A stretch of 63,590 nucleotides of DNA, filler included, from Theionarchaea archaeon (GCA_018992565.1; 6 parts of 6 records of this genome joined end to end with filler, not necessarily neighbours in it), one strand, 5' to 3'; counted from the whole stretch's first letter, positions 19,992 to 30,558 are shown. Notes: generated by a model from the letters alone, not told the origin. Program-made: numbers and translations.

Positions 19992-22115
19992 TCAATCCTC
20001 CTTTGGCTGCAGAGTAATACGTGCATCCACCACCTTGCATCCCTTCTGCTTGTCAAGCACCATCAAAGGGTTAATATCCATTTCTGCAATGACAGGAGTT
20101 TCTGCAGCCAGCAACCCCAGTCGGTATATGGCATCCTCCAAGCCTGCAATATCTTTCTTCTCCCCACCCCTCACCCCATACAGGAGTGGGGTAGCTTTAA
20201 TCTCGTGGACCATCTCCTGGGCATCTCTCCGGGAGAGAGGAGCTACCCTGAAGGAGACATCCTTGAGCACTTCCACATAGATACCTCCCAGCCCAAACAT
20301 TACCACTGGTCCAAACTGGGGATCTGAAGATACACCCAGTATGGTTTCGACTCCTTTTTCCACCATTTCACATACAATAATACCCCTAATAGTGGCATCA
20401 GGATACTTTTTTCTGACTCGTGTCATGATGTCAGTGTATGCTTCTCTCACCTCGTCCACTGACGATATGCCCACTCTGACGCCTCCCACCTCGGTCTTGT
20501 GGATAATATCCTCTGAGACGATCTTCATAACAACAGGAAATCCGATTTTTTGTGCTGCCCTGACACACTCTTCTTTGGTGCTGCCCATCCAGAACCCCGG
20601 CACATCAAACCCTGCCAGCCGCAGGATCTGTTTGGCTTCACTCTCAAGCAATTGTAGCCGCTGTTCTCTTCGTGCATTGTCAATGATGGATTCAATCTCC
20701 TTCGCGGGAAGGGTCAGAGTCTCAGGAGGCTTTTCTTTCTTTTCTGATTCAATGAAGTGGACCCACCGGTAGAAGGCACCCAATGCGTCCATAGCTCGTT
20801 CCGGTTCAGGATAGGTGGGAATCCCGTGTTCATTGAGCATATTAATAGCATCTTCTGACCGCGTACCGCCAATGAAAGCAACAACCACAGGTTTTTTAGA
20901 CCTCTGAGCTTCCACTTCTTTGATAATAAAGGTGGCAACCTGTGAAGGATCAGTGAGAGGAGCTTCGCAGTAGATGACCACAATACAGTGGATTCTCTCC
21001 TCTTGTAATGCCGCTCTCAATGCAATCTTGTATCCTTCTTCCCCTGTCTGCCCTGTGAGATCAATGGGGTTCCTGGTGGACCCAAAAGGAGGAACGCAGT
21101 CTTTGAAGACGTCCTCGAGATAGCTGTAATCATCCAGCAGGTGTAGGTTGTTCTCTTCTGCTTCATCAGTAGCCATTACTCCAGCTCCCCCGCCATTGGT
21201 GATTATCACCACATTGTCTCCCTTTGGCTTTTCCAGGTGAAAGATGCGGGCCCAATCGAAGGCTTCCCTGGTTGTCTTGGCCCGGAGAACGCCCACCTGC
21301 TTGAAAGCTGACGTGAACACGTTGTCTACTCCTGCCAGAGAGCCTGTATGAGAGGCAGCAGCTTTTGCACCTTTTTGAGACCGTCCTGACTTGATGACAA
21401 TCAATGGCTTCTGCAAGACGATTTTCTCAGCCAGATTCATGAATCGCCTTCCATTCTTTATTCCCTCCATGTAAATGGCGATTGCCCTGGTATATGTGTC
21501 CTGAGCAAAATACTCCAGGAGGTCATCATCATCAATGTCTGCCTTGTTACCTACACTAACCACAGAGGACAGCCCGATCCGTTCTGCAATGGTCCAGTCC
21601 ATGAGCGAGATTCCCAGAGCACCACTCTGGGTAATGAAGGCGATCTTCCCTGCAAGCAGGTGCGTGGGACCGAAAGAAGCATTGAGATTCACAGGGGTGT
21701 AAACAACTCCAAACACATTGGGTCCCAGGAGTACCATGGACCCGGACTCGGCAATGTCCACCAGCTCCTGTTCTCCTTTGATATTCTCTGTTTCACTGAA
21801 TCCAGAAGTGATAACCACACAGGCTTTAACCTCTTTCTTAATGCAGTCTCTCATGGCATCAGCTACATACTGGGCAGGAATGGTGATCAATGCCAGGTCA
21901 ACAGGACCCGGGATATCTTCCAGGGACTGAAAGGGCTTCAGCCCCAGAATAGAATCAACCTCACCAGCTCTAATATTCACAGGGTATATCTTCCCCTTGT
22001 ACCCAAACGTTATGATATTGTTCAGCAGTTCATAGCCAATCTTTCCTCTATGCGCTGACGCGCCAATGACTGCTATAGATTCTGGGTTAAACAGGTGGTG
22101 AAGATTGGCTCTCAT
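19992..22115 (-). CDS. ADP-forming acetate/acyl-CoA ligase, fused alpha-beta
   Basis: P.SIAVIGAS, GPNVFG, SHTGSLAG, TNGGGAG, ATP-grasp HKTEVGGV, DPQFGP, EMDINPL. Confidence 0.95.
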   Translation of the reverse strand: MRANLHHLFNPESIAVIGASAHRGKIGYELLNNIITFGYKGKIYPVNIRAGEVDSILGLKPFQSLEDIPGPVDLALITIPAQYVADAMRDCIKKEVKACVVITSGFSETENIKGEQELVDIAESGSMVLLGPNVFGVVYTPVNLNASFGPTHLLAGKIAFITQSGALGISLMDWTIAERIGLSSVVSVGNKADIDDDDLLEYFAQDTYTRAIAIYMEGIKNGRRFMNLAEKIVLQKPLIVIKSGRSQKGAKAAASHTGSLAGVDNVFTSAFKQVGVLRAKTTREAFDWARIFHLEKPKGDNVVIITNGGGAGVMATDEAEENNLHLLDDYSYLEDVFKDCVPPFGSTRNPIDLTGQTGEEGYKIALRAALQEERIHCIVVIYCEAPLTDPSQVATFIIKEVEAQRSKKPVVVAFIGGTRSEDAINMLNEHGIPTYPEPERAMDALGAFYRWVHFIESEKKEKPPETLTLPAKEIESIIDNARREQRLQLLESEAKQILRLAGFDVPGFWMGSTKEECVRAAQKIGFPVVMKIVSEDIIHKTEVGGVRVGISSVDEVREAYTDIMTRVRKKYPDATIRGIIVCEMVEKGVETILGVSSDPQFGPVVMFGLGGIYVEVLKDVSFRVAPLSRRDAQEMVHEIKATPLLYGVRGGEKKDIAGLEDAIYRLGLLAAETPVIAEMDINPLMVLDKQKGCKVVDARITLQPKED

Positions 22116-22413
22116 GCAGTCAGATGGGAAATGGACTTAAAAAAGGTTTGGAACTGGACGCTGGAATAACAGGTGACAGACAGGAGTGTCCTACAGCATG
22201 GATCCAGGTAACCACGTGGATCAGGGTTGTCTGAATTTTAATTCTCCTGCCCATATAGTCTCTTCAATACGATAACTGATTCTTTGGCATGAGACTATAC
22301 CCCAAATTCACATGCAGTGTTAGCTTCAATGTGTGCTCTATCTCTCACTCTTATAGAAATCTGATTGATTCAGTAACCGCAAACCTTAAATAAGGATTGT
22401 TCTAGGTGCTGTA

Positions 22414-22935
22414 ATGGTGCTGGAGGAAATCTTCAACGCTGTGTGGTTCATACTCCCTGCGTGGATAGGAAACATGCTTGCATGTACATTCGGAGGAGGA
22501 AAACCCATAGATGGAGGACGGACGTTTGTAGACGGGTATCCCATTTTGGGAAAAGGAAAGACAATCCGGGGATTGGCTGTGGGAGTTCTTAGTGCCATTA
22601 TTGTAGCTTCACTGCAGAGTGCTGCGCGATATACATTCAATCCGATAATCTTTGGATTCCTTATGGGATTGGGAGCAATGCTGGGAGACATGGTGAAAAG
22701 CTTTTTTAAGAGGCGGTTGAATATTCAAAGCGGAAGGCCCCTTCCTGTTTTTGATCAACTGGACTTTGTAGCTGGAGCGCTGGTGATGTACTACCTCTTT
22801 GGTCCTCACGTCCTGGACAATTTCTATCCTCTCTCCTGGACTACCATTGCAACTATTGTGATTCTGACACCTGCTGCCCACCTGTCATTAAATGTCCTGG
22901 GGTACAAGTTGGGACTGAAAGATGTATGGTGGTAG
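22414..22935 (+). CDS. carS: CDP-archaeol synthase
   Basis: PAWIGN, PIDGG, GKT..G, GDMVKSFFKRR, DQLDF, GLKDVWW. Confidence 0.95.
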   Translation: MVLEEIFNAVWFILPAWIGNMLACTFGGGKPIDGGRTFVDGYPILGKGKTIRGLAVGVLSAIIVASLQSAARYTFNPIIFGFLMGLGAMLGDMVKSFFKRRLNIQSGRPLPVFDQLDFVAGALVMYYLFGPHVLDNFYPLSWTTIATIVILTPAAHLSLNVLGYKLGLKDVWW

Positions 22936-22985
22936 GGAGTCGTAGGTAGATTGAGCTATTGTACAGAATTCTATACGTGCCCTCA

Positions 22986-23252
22986 TCATTGGGCAGGCTC
23001 AAGGCTGCGTTTCTCAAAGTGAGGTAAAGCATCTCGATAGAGGTCTGCAAGAAACTTCTTTCCATGAGGCTCTGGAATAGGCCTTCCTTCTTCTCTGGCT
23101 ACCTGTAGCCACTTTTCAATGGCCTGTTTTACCTTTTCCAGTGCTTCTTCTTCTGTTTTTCCCGAGGCAGCGCAACCTGGCAATTCTGGAACAATGGCCT
23201 GGTAACTTTCATCTTCTTCACTGAAGAGAATGTGCAGTATATACTTGTTCAT
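22986..23252 (-). CDS. hicB: HicB-family antitoxin (orphan)
   Basis: Y.A.VPELPGC...GKT.EEAL......I..W......GRPIPEP. Confidence 0.88.
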   Translation of the reverse strand: MNKYILHILFSEEDESYQAIVPELPGCAASGKTEEEALEKVKQAIEKWLQVAREEGRPIPEPHGKKFLADLYRDALPHFEKRSLEPAQ

Positions 23253-23289
23253 GCTAATCATCCTTTCTCACGGAATTCCTTCTGTATGT

Positions 23290-23336
23290 CATGGGTCCGG
23301 CTATCCCATGGTCCTCAACCCCGATCAGTATATAAA
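23290..23336 (-). promoter_or_regulatory. hicB promoter with palindrome CATGGG-N9-CCCATG
   Basis: TTTATATA on the minus strand (23329-23336), with an inverted repeat at 23290-23310 at the expected start site. Confidence 0.5.
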
Positions 23337-23342
23337 GGTATC

Positions 23343-23474
23343 GAGAGGGAACGATTCTGGAGGTGTGGCGCAGTGCCTGAGCGATAGGTTCTTGCCCACA
23401 CTGTGGAAAACGGCAACATCAGAACAAGTCGTGCTGAGTTGCCAAGAACCTCCAGAGGTACGCATTCTTCTCTC
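23343..23474. ncRNA. Candidate structured non-coding element (multi-stem)
   Basis: Nested inverted repeats: TCTGGAGGT/ACCTCCAGA, GTGTGG/CCACAC, GGCAAC.TCAG/CTGA.GTTGCC. Confidence 0.3.
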
Positions 23475-23560
23475 ATTACACATACGATCCGCTAGGCAGA
23501 AAAAAGGAGCCTCAAAGCTTCCTGTGGGTGATGAGATGTTCTATGGTATCCCAGCTCTTC

Positions 23561-23953
23561 TCATACCACCCGTATCATGTTCTCATCAATCAGCTTTCTC
23601 ACCGGAGCAGCTCCAAATGTCTTCTCCAGGTATCTCTTGGGAACAGTCTTGTTCTTCCTCAAATAGTTGATAATCTGGACTTCAATACCTCTCAATTCTC
23701 CAAATCTCTCCAAGTACTCCAGAGATCGCTCTCTTCCTGACATGGTGAGCATGCACATTGGTTCTTTAGATGCGGTCTTGTACACACTCCCTCTGAGAAA
23801 CACCCGGGTCACCACAAAATAAATAGTCACCAGCAAGATTACTACCAAGATATACAATAGGTAGGTAAGGATAAAATTTGAAAAAGCATTCCATAAATCC
23901 CGAAGTACATCTGATGCAGTTTCTTGGAGAATACCAGCATGGCCTAAGATCAT
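23561..23953 (-). CDS. Hypothetical membrane protein
   Basis: One TM helix and a short, possibly wHTH-like C-terminus; same strand as glyS. Confidence 0.7.
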   Translation of the reverse strand: MILGHAGILQETASDVLRDLWNAFSNFILTYLLYILVVILLVTIYFVVTRVFLRGSVYKTASKEPMCMLTMSGRERSLEYLERFGELRGIEVQIINYLRKNKTVPKRYLEKTFGAAPVRKLIDENMIRVV

Positions 23954-23990
23954 GGCCTATACTCTTTGCTTTGCCATATAAATATTCCCC

Positions 23991-25436
23991 CTACACGTCA
24001 GGGGCCTTAATGGCGGACAACAATGTATCCTTGTGTACCCGGACCTGGTTCATGGTATCCCTATCCCGCAACGTGACTGTTCCATCCTCAAGGGAGTCAT
24101 AGTCCACGGTGACGCAGAAAGGCGTCCCAATCTCATCTTGCCTCCGGTACCGTTTCCCTATGGATCCTTTCTCATCGAAGAAAACATCAAATTCCCTTCG
24201 CAATTCCAGGTAGATTCCGTAGGCGAATTCGGGCAACCCATCCTTACTTACCAGTGGGAACACGGCCACTGTATAGGGTGCTACCACAGAGGGGAATTTC
24301 AACACAATGCGTTCTTCTTCCTCAGTATATGCCAGATCCAGAAGCATCAACAGGTTGCGATCCACTCCGAAACTCAGTTCCAGAACGTGGGGTACAAACT
24401 TCCTTCCCTGGATGTTCACTTCCATCTTTTTCTTGGAACCTTTCTCGTGACCAGACAGATCATGATCACCCCGGTAGTGGATACCCCCTGCTTCCTTGAA
24501 CCCTCCCAGGACATCAGTGTAAATCTCCATGTCCCAGTGGATCTTGTTATAGAAGGCCCGTTCTTCTTCAGAGAGCTCCCTGAACCTGAATTTCTCTCTG
24601 GGGACTTTCAGCACTTTTAAATAGAAATCCTGGACTTTTGCCATATGGTATCCATAAAATTTGGGCACCTCAACTTCTCTGAGAGGTATTTCCCTGATTT
24701 CCCCTTTCTCTCTGTCTTTGACAGCGTAAATTCGCATTATCTGATCCTTCACCGAATCGTAGCAGGGGTGTTCATCCAGATGTTCGGGGTCAAAGAAGAT
24801 CTGCAGTTCTGCCTGGTTCAGCTCCCGCAGCCTGTAGAATCCCTGTCGTGGAGAAATCTCATTTCTGTAGGCTCTCCCGAGAATGGCCAGCCCCATGGGG
24901 ATCTGATTCCGCAGCACTTCAAACATTCGCTTGAAGGAGACATAACAGCCCTGTGCAGTCTCTGGTCTCAGGTACGCCTTCTCATTTGCTTCTGCCGCTC
25001 CAAGAGACAGGTGGAACATCATGTTAAACCAGCGTACCTCACTCAGTTCTCCTCCACAGCGGGGACATCGTATCTCCTTCTCCTGTAGAGCCTCACTCAT
25101 CTCTTCCGCTGTCAGCCCTTCAGCCTCAACACCTTTTTCTTCCAGCAGTAGATCTGCCTTGTGCCGAACATGGCACTCCACACATTCAGTCAAGGGGTCA
25201 TTAAAAGACTTGAGATGTCCCGATGCTTCAAAAACAGCTTCAGGCATTATGGTAGCAGCATCAATCTCCACAAAATTCGGATCAAGGGCCAGGAAGTAGT
25301 CCCTCCACGTGTCCTCGAACTTCCGCTTCAACAAAACACCCAGGTGACCGAAGTCGTAGAACCCTGCGCTTCCTCCATAGATTTCGGAGGAGGGGTAGAA
25401 GAATCCTCTGCGCAGAGCCACATCCATGAGACTCAT
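23991..25436 (-). CDS. glyS: Glycine--tRNA ligase (alpha2 type)
   Basis: EIYGG.AGFYD, ASGH, YLRPETAQG, RNEISPRQG..RLRE..QAE, GSIGKRYRRQDEIGTP. Confidence 0.97.
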   Translation of the reverse strand: MSLMDVALRRGFFYPSSEIYGGSAGFYDFGHLGVLLKRKFEDTWRDYFLALDPNFVEIDAATIMPEAVFEASGHLKSFNDPLTECVECHVRHKADLLLEEKGVEAEGLTAEEMSEALQEKEIRCPRCGGELSEVRWFNMMFHLSLGAAEANEKAYLRPETAQGCYVSFKRMFEVLRNQIPMGLAILGRAYRNEISPRQGFYRLRELNQAELQIFFDPEHLDEHPCYDSVKDQIMRIYAVKDREKGEIREIPLREVEVPKFYGYHMAKVQDFYLKVLKVPREKFRFRELSEEERAFYNKIHWDMEIYTDVLGGFKEAGGIHYRGDHDLSGHEKGSKKKMEVNIQGRKFVPHVLELSFGVDRNLLMLLDLAYTEEEERIVLKFPSVVAPYTVAVFPLVSKDGLPEFAYGIYLELRREFDVFFDEKGSIGKRYRRQDEIGTPFCVTVDYDSLEDGTVTLRDRDTMNQVRVHKDTLLSAIKAPDV

Positions 25437-26272
25437 TAATCCACCAGTACCCGTAGAAGATCATAGTCCCGCAGAATGCCAATGAGGTTCCCCTGGGCGT
25501 CAATGACAGGCAGCTGTTCAATGTCGTGCTTCTTCATTTTCCGTGCGCAGCTGGTCACTGTGGTTCCCTGACTGATTGCGATCACTTCCTGAGTCATCAA
25601 TTCCCTCACCGGCTTGTCAGGCAGTTTCAGCCTCTCTGTTCCCACGTACAGGGTGCTCTTTGTTTCCCACACCCATTCTTCCCCTTCTGATTCCTGTTGA
25701 ATATCCGTTTTCTGAAGTACATTTACAATTTCAGACGCCTTGACGAAGTCCACATTATCCACAATTCCCACCAGTTGGCCACTGTCATCCAGAATGACTG
25801 CAGCCAATGCATGAGCGTATCGCATGATCTGCGCTGCCAGTGGTATCGGTGTTTCCTGCCACACTGAAAGGATTCGAGGCTTCATATACTTTTCACATTT
25901 CTCTTCAATCTGCATGCGGGATATTCCCCTCATTACCATATCTTTCAGGGTAACTAACCCCACCAATGTACCATCGTCCACCACACAAACCTGTTTGACA
26001 TCCTGCTCATACATGATGTGGGCAACTTCTGAAATATCTGCTTTCGAAGAAATAGTAATCACATTTCGGTTCATGATCAGAGCAAGCTGATCTTCATCGG
26101 GGTGTTGTATGAGATCCTCTAGCGAAACGAATCCCACAATTTCCTTGGTTCCTTCCTTGAGCACTGGAAGCCCCGGAAGATTGTGTTTACGCATCACTTC
26201 CAGAGCAGTTTTCCGTTTCCCAGGAACAGTGATAGTAATCACATCGGTCGACATTATTTCTTCCACGAGCAT
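25436..26272 (-). CDS. Four-CBS-domain protein
   Basis: Four CBS repeats (VEEIMS, LPV, GIV, LPVID..G.LIGI). Confidence 0.9.
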   Translation of the reverse strand: MLVEEIMSTDVITITVPGKRKTALEVMRKHNLPGLPVLKEGTKEIVGFVSLEDLIQHPDEDQLALIMNRNVITISSKADISEVAHIMYEQDVKQVCVVDDGTLVGLVTLKDMVMRGISRMQIEEKCEKYMKPRILSVWQETPIPLAAQIMRYAHALAAVILDDSGQLVGIVDNVDFVKASEIVNVLQKTDIQQESEGEEWVWETKSTLYVGTERLKLPDKPVRELMTQEVIAISQGTTVTSCARKMKKHDIEQLPVIDAQGNLIGILRDYDLLRVLVD

Positions 26273-26572
26273 GTGTACATCCCCTTTCTATGAAGTAGAA
26301 TCTGAGGATTTCTTTCTGTTCGCTTAAACTACGTTGTCCTATTTAAAGCTTTCTGATGAAAGAACAACAGACGTACTCTCTCATCAGTTTCCTCCTTTCC
26401 TGCAGATTGTTGGCGAGAACTGGTTGATGGTGGACTCTATGAAAGGAACAACCAATTCAGACACCGCAATCATCAACAAACAGTGCCACATCAGAAGAGA
26501 CTGCGAGAGCCGGCATGAGCGGCATTATCAATAAGAGTCCCTCCAGAAAGGAGAAGAAAAAAAAGAGAAAGC

Positions 26573-28687
26573 CTATTCAATGACAAAACTGCCGGTCCAC
26601 TCAGGAAGTGGAGGTTTTTCCATACTCTGCCATTGCTCATCTGTCAGTCTGTTGGCAATGGCCTGCAGGAATTCGTAGTAGCTGAAAACGCCGCCCTGGA
26701 CCAGTACCACATGCCCTTCCACAAGGACCACAGCAAAGAGGGAGAAGACGTTACCTACACCTTCTTCCAGCACCTGACCTGTATTAACATCTGTATGCAC
26801 ATCCGCCACTACAGCCACGTTCTCATCAGCCTCTGTTTCCACTGCAGTTTCAAAGGTTACCAGGCTTTCCAATGTGTTTCCTATGTTCCAGATCATCGTG
26901 TATTCATCTTCAGTGAGAGATTCGCCAGACAGTTCCTTTTCTGACACAGTCTTCAGGTTCAAGAGCAGGGTTTCCAAAGACTGCAGTTTGCTGCTGTATT
27001 CAGGAAGCAGGAGGCCCCGTTCTTCTAACCCTTCTCTCATCATCCTGGCAAGAGAAGCCAGCCGGGCGTACACCTGGGGATTTGGCTCAACATACCCTTT
27101 GATCAGTTCGGGTTCCAGGGGGATACCTGTGGCTTCCAGGGTGTAGCTCTGTTTGGCATAGAGGATGGTGTCGTGACGCAGCTCCGTCCAGCTCCCCAGA
27201 GCAGTGTTCAATTCCTTGTCTGTCCAGGCATCTGACTGCATGAAAGCAGGGTAGGTTTCACCTTTTTCTTCCAGAAGAGGGAGTAATGAGTACAACCAGC
27301 TCCAGTACAGGTTCTGGGTCCAGGTTGCCAGATCTAATGGTGAAAACTCGGCTCTGAGAGCTTCCATCTGGGATTCATAATTCAGGTACTGTTTTTCTGA
27401 TTCCAGATGGTATAAAGCTCTTTCAGATCCCAGGACTGCCATGACATCCAGCCCTTTGGGGAACAGCCGGGGATCTGATGCTGTACCTACTTTGTCATAT
27501 ACGAGTTGCTGGAACATATAGGAATCGGGAATAAATCTCTGCCCCATGAATCGGAATCCTTTGGTCTCTTCTTCCACATCCTGGTAGTCTTTCACCCAGG
27601 TTGAATTTATCCGGGGGTCCCGCAGTTCTCTGGCCAGGTCAATGAATGTGGTGAGCTTTTCCGTGTCCTGCAGGTCAGAAAGCGTGTATGTGGTTCCATA
27701 CACGTTCTCAGCAAGGACTTCATATTCCAGGAGGCTGAGGTCATCACTCTTTCCCACGAAGAAAACAGTGGGCGAGTATACTGTATCCCACAGTGCAAAG
27801 GAATCAGTGTCCTGGATCCCTTTTACAATGTAGAGTGCTTGTTTTGTTTCTTCTGGTGATTTCAGCCTGAACATCATCCTTCCATACCACATCATGGCTT
27901 TGAAGTACTTTTTTAATTCTTCAGAACGTGTGTAATGACCACGAGGCACATATTGCGAATAATCTTCTGCATACCCGAATATAGGGGAGTATTCAAACCC
28001 GCGGTGAGCTTCAATGAGTTCGAGTTCCTGGCTCACAAGGGGTTCAGCTTCAGGAGGTGTGGGAAAGGAACTATCCAGGAGCCTTCCTGCGACACAGAAG
28101 TATGCCACATTCTTGAGGGCGAGCTTATCTCCAGTCTGCGCATAGTAATCCTCCTGGACCTGAGCCATAGTCTGTGTCAGTCTGTACATGTCCTGGGAGA
28201 AGCGTTCGCTCTCCAGTATCCTCAACGTATAATCATAGAGAATGTGGTAAGTGTGCAGGACAGAGTCAGTGGTAACACATATGGGAATATTTCGTTTCTT
28301 ACAATCCTGGTACATGTCGTAGAACTGCTCATACCCCGAGGGGACTACTACGAATCCCTGGGTCAAGAGCACTTGCTTTTGTTCAGGTGTGAGATAGATG
28401 TCGTCCAGGTTTTCAGGGTCAAAGGAGTAGCCAACAGGGGTGCCGGTGATGTTGACTTTCAGAACAGTATAGGGGGCGAATTGGTAGAGTGAGGGATCTA
28501 TGAGAGGAAGCTGGGGAGAGGGAGTGGATGGCTGTGTGGATTGAGGAGGTTGTGTTGATTGTGGAGGTCCTGTAGATTGTGGAGGTTGTGTGGTGGAAGG
28601 TGCCTTCTTCGAGTCTCCGTTTTGGCTGAGACAGCCTGTGAGTAGAATGCATGCTACCAGTACAGTGAGTATCTTTTTCATAGTCAT
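26573..28687 (-). CDS. DUF3160-family lipoprotein
   Basis: LTGC lipobox, DYSQYVPRGHYT, FRFMGQRFIPDS, WTELRHDTILYAKQ, GYVEP, RLTDEQW. Confidence 0.88.
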   Translation of the reverse strand: MTMKKILTVLVACILLTGCLSQNGDSKKAPSTTQPPQSTGPPQSTQPPQSTQPSTPSPQLPLIDPSLYQFAPYTVLKVNITGTPVGYSFDPENLDDIYLTPEQKQVLLTQGFVVVPSGYEQFYDMYQDCKKRNIPICVTTDSVLHTYHILYDYTLRILESERFSQDMYRLTQTMAQVQEDYYAQTGDKLALKNVAYFCVAGRLLDSSFPTPPEAEPLVSQELELIEAHRGFEYSPIFGYAEDYSQYVPRGHYTRSEELKKYFKAMMWYGRMMFRLKSPEETKQALYIVKGIQDTDSFALWDTVYSPTVFFVGKSDDLSLLEYEVLAENVYGTTYTLSDLQDTEKLTTFIDLARELRDPRINSTWVKDYQDVEEETKGFRFMGQRFIPDSYMFQQLVYDKVGTASDPRLFPKGLDVMAVLGSERALYHLESEKQYLNYESQMEALRAEFSPLDLATWTQNLYWSWLYSLLPLLEEKGETYPAFMQSDAWTDKELNTALGSWTELRHDTILYAKQSYTLEATGIPLEPELIKGYVEPNPQVYARLASLARMMREGLEERGLLLPEYSSKLQSLETLLLNLKTVSEKELSGESLTEDEYTMIWNIGNTLESLVTFETAVETEADENVAVVADVHTDVNTGQVLEEGVGNVFSLFAVVLVEGHVVLVQGGVFSYYEFLQAIANRLTDEQWQSMEKPPLPEWTGSFVIE
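28533..28586 (-). repeat. Three 18-nt tandem repeats encoding a PPQSTQ linker
   Basis: tgtgtggattgaggaggt / tgtgttgattgtggaggt / cctgtagattgtggaggt. Confidence 0.8.
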
Positions 28688-28903
28688 TATATGGTGGGCA
28701 TTTATAAAGATTTTTCGGTATGCTTCAAAATATTCTGAAGTGAATCTATTGATGGAAACTTAAAATTGCCACATGTTCATTCATCAGGAAGCGTTGAGGG
28801 GAATTCTGTGAAAACCACTCTGTGATATCACTTCTTTTTCTCCAGCACTCGTTGAGAGTAACCAGTGGCAAACTCTTTTATACTCTCACAAAGAAGAAAG
28901 AGC

Positions 28904-29905
28904 ATGATGCTATTTGCCACTGTACATGTGTGCGGCATTTATCTTTGTAATGAAGAAATCAGTGAGTTTATCCCCTTTTCCAGTTCGGAGCAGTATCTCC
29001 AGGTGAAGAGAGGGGAAAAGGTAGAAGAGCTTGACAGAGCTGTAAAGGGTAGGGAGATCATTTTTGAACAGAAAGACATCGCTGATCTACTGGGGCAGCA
29101 GCATCAGTTTCCCAACCCTGCAGGGGACATTCTGAGGAAGACATGTCTTGAGATATCTGGAATGAGCAGTATTGACCTGCATGAGAGAATGCGTGAAGTG
29201 GCCTTTGCTCTCACCAGGGAAGGTGTAAAAGCATCTTCTGAAAAGAAGGATAAGGTAATTGTAGAGAGTGTCCGTGCTCTGGACGAAGTTGATCAGGTTT
29301 TGAATGTGTTATGCGAGAGGTTGAGGGAATGGCATGGGTTATTCTACCCTCAGCTGGAGAAGAAAACAAAAGATAATTATATGTATGCCACTAAAGTGGT
29401 CAGGGGGGGTGTAAAAGGAGATAGTATGGGGGGACAGCTTGAACTGTATGATGAAGAAAGGATAAAGGAATTTGCAGGAAGTATTTTGAATTTATTTGAA
29501 GAAAGAAGTGAACTTGAGACTTATATTACAGCAGAAGCTCAGAAAGCTGCTCCTAACCTGAGTTCTTTGCTGGGATCTGTATTGTCTGCTCGCCTGATAT
29601 CTGCTGCAGGGGGGCTGGAGGAACTGGCCCGTCTCCCTTCTTCTACCATTCAAGTTCTTGGTGCGGAGAAGGCCTTGTTCAGGCATCTGAGAACGGGAGC
29701 AAGACCCCCCAAGCATGGACTGATCTTTCAACATCCCATGATAAACAGGGCACCGCGAAAGGCCAGAGGAAAGATCTCCCGCAGTTTGGCTGCCAAGATT
29801 GCAATTCTGGCCAGAGTGGACTGCTACAGCTCGGAATTCGTGGCAGATGAGATTGAAGAGCAGCTGCGAGAAAGGATTTCTCATATCAGAGGTGTGGCAC
29901 CATGA
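28904..29905 (+). CDS. nop5: Box C/D RNP protein Nop5 (Nop56/58)
   Basis: ERLREW, APNLS, PSSTIQVLGAEKALF, PKHGLIF, GKISRSLAAK. Confidence 0.95.
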   Translation: MMLFATVHVCGIYLCNEEISEFIPFSSSEQYLQVKRGEKVEELDRAVKGREIIFEQKDIADLLGQQHQFPNPAGDILRKTCLEISGMSSIDLHERMREVAFALTREGVKASSEKKDKVIVESVRALDEVDQVLNVLCERLREWHGLFYPQLEKKTKDNYMYATKVVRGGVKGDSMGGQLELYDEERIKEFAGSILNLFEERSELETYITAEAQKAAPNLSSLLGSVLSARLISAAGGLEELARLPSSTIQVLGAEKALFRHLRTGARPPKHGLIFQHPMINRAPRKARGKISRSLAAKIAILARVDCYSSEFVADEIEEQLRERISHIRGVAP

Positions 29906-30558
29906 AAGCACATTCTGTCTCCTCTGATATTTTTGTTGAAGAAGACTGGCTGCACACCCGCAACCTGGTCCCGGGTGAAAGGGTGTATACTGAGAAGCTG
30001 GTGGAGGAGGGAGGAGTGGAGTACCGATCCTGGAACCCGTATAAGTCAAAGCTGGCAGCAGGATTGCTCAATGGACTGCAGACCTTTCCTTTTGGTGTAG
30101 ATACCACCGTTCTGTACCTGGGTGCTGCCTCAGGGACTACTGCTTCTCATATATCTGATATTTGCTCGAAGGGATTGCTCTTCTGTGTTGAATTTTCTCC
30201 GCGCACTGCGAGAGAACTGGTGTATACCTGCGAAAAGAGGAAGAATATGCTCCCCTTACTGAAAGACGCCTCTCAGCCAGAAACGTACGCAGATGTGGTG
30301 ACCCAGGTTGATATTATCTACCAGGATATTGCTCAGCCCAATCAATCTGAGATCTTGGAGAGGAACTGTGTTTTTCTCAAGGAGAAGGGCTATGCATTCA
30401 TCTGCATCAAGTCCAGGAGTATTGATGTGGCAGCAGAGCCGGCTTCTGTTTTCAAGAAGGAAGTCAAGCTCTTGAGGACATTTCTGGATATACAGGAAAG
30501 AATACCTCTGGATCCTTACGAGAGGGATCACCTCATGGTGGTAGGAAGGAGGATGTAG
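29902..30558 (+). CDS. flpA: Fibrillarin-like 2'-O-methyltransferase
   Basis: YRSWNPYKSKLAA, VLYLGAASGTTASHISD, DIAQPNQ, IKSRSID. Confidence 0.96.
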   Translation: MKAHSVSSDIFVEEDWLHTRNLVPGERVYTEKLVEEGGVEYRSWNPYKSKLAAGLLNGLQTFPFGVDTTVLYLGAASGTTASHISDICSKGLLFCVEFSPRTARELVYTCEKRKNMLPLLKDASQPETYADVVTQVDIIYQDIAQPNQSEILERNCVFLKEKGYAFICIKSRSIDVAAEPASVFKKEVKLLRTFLDIQERIPLDPYERDHLMVVGRRM

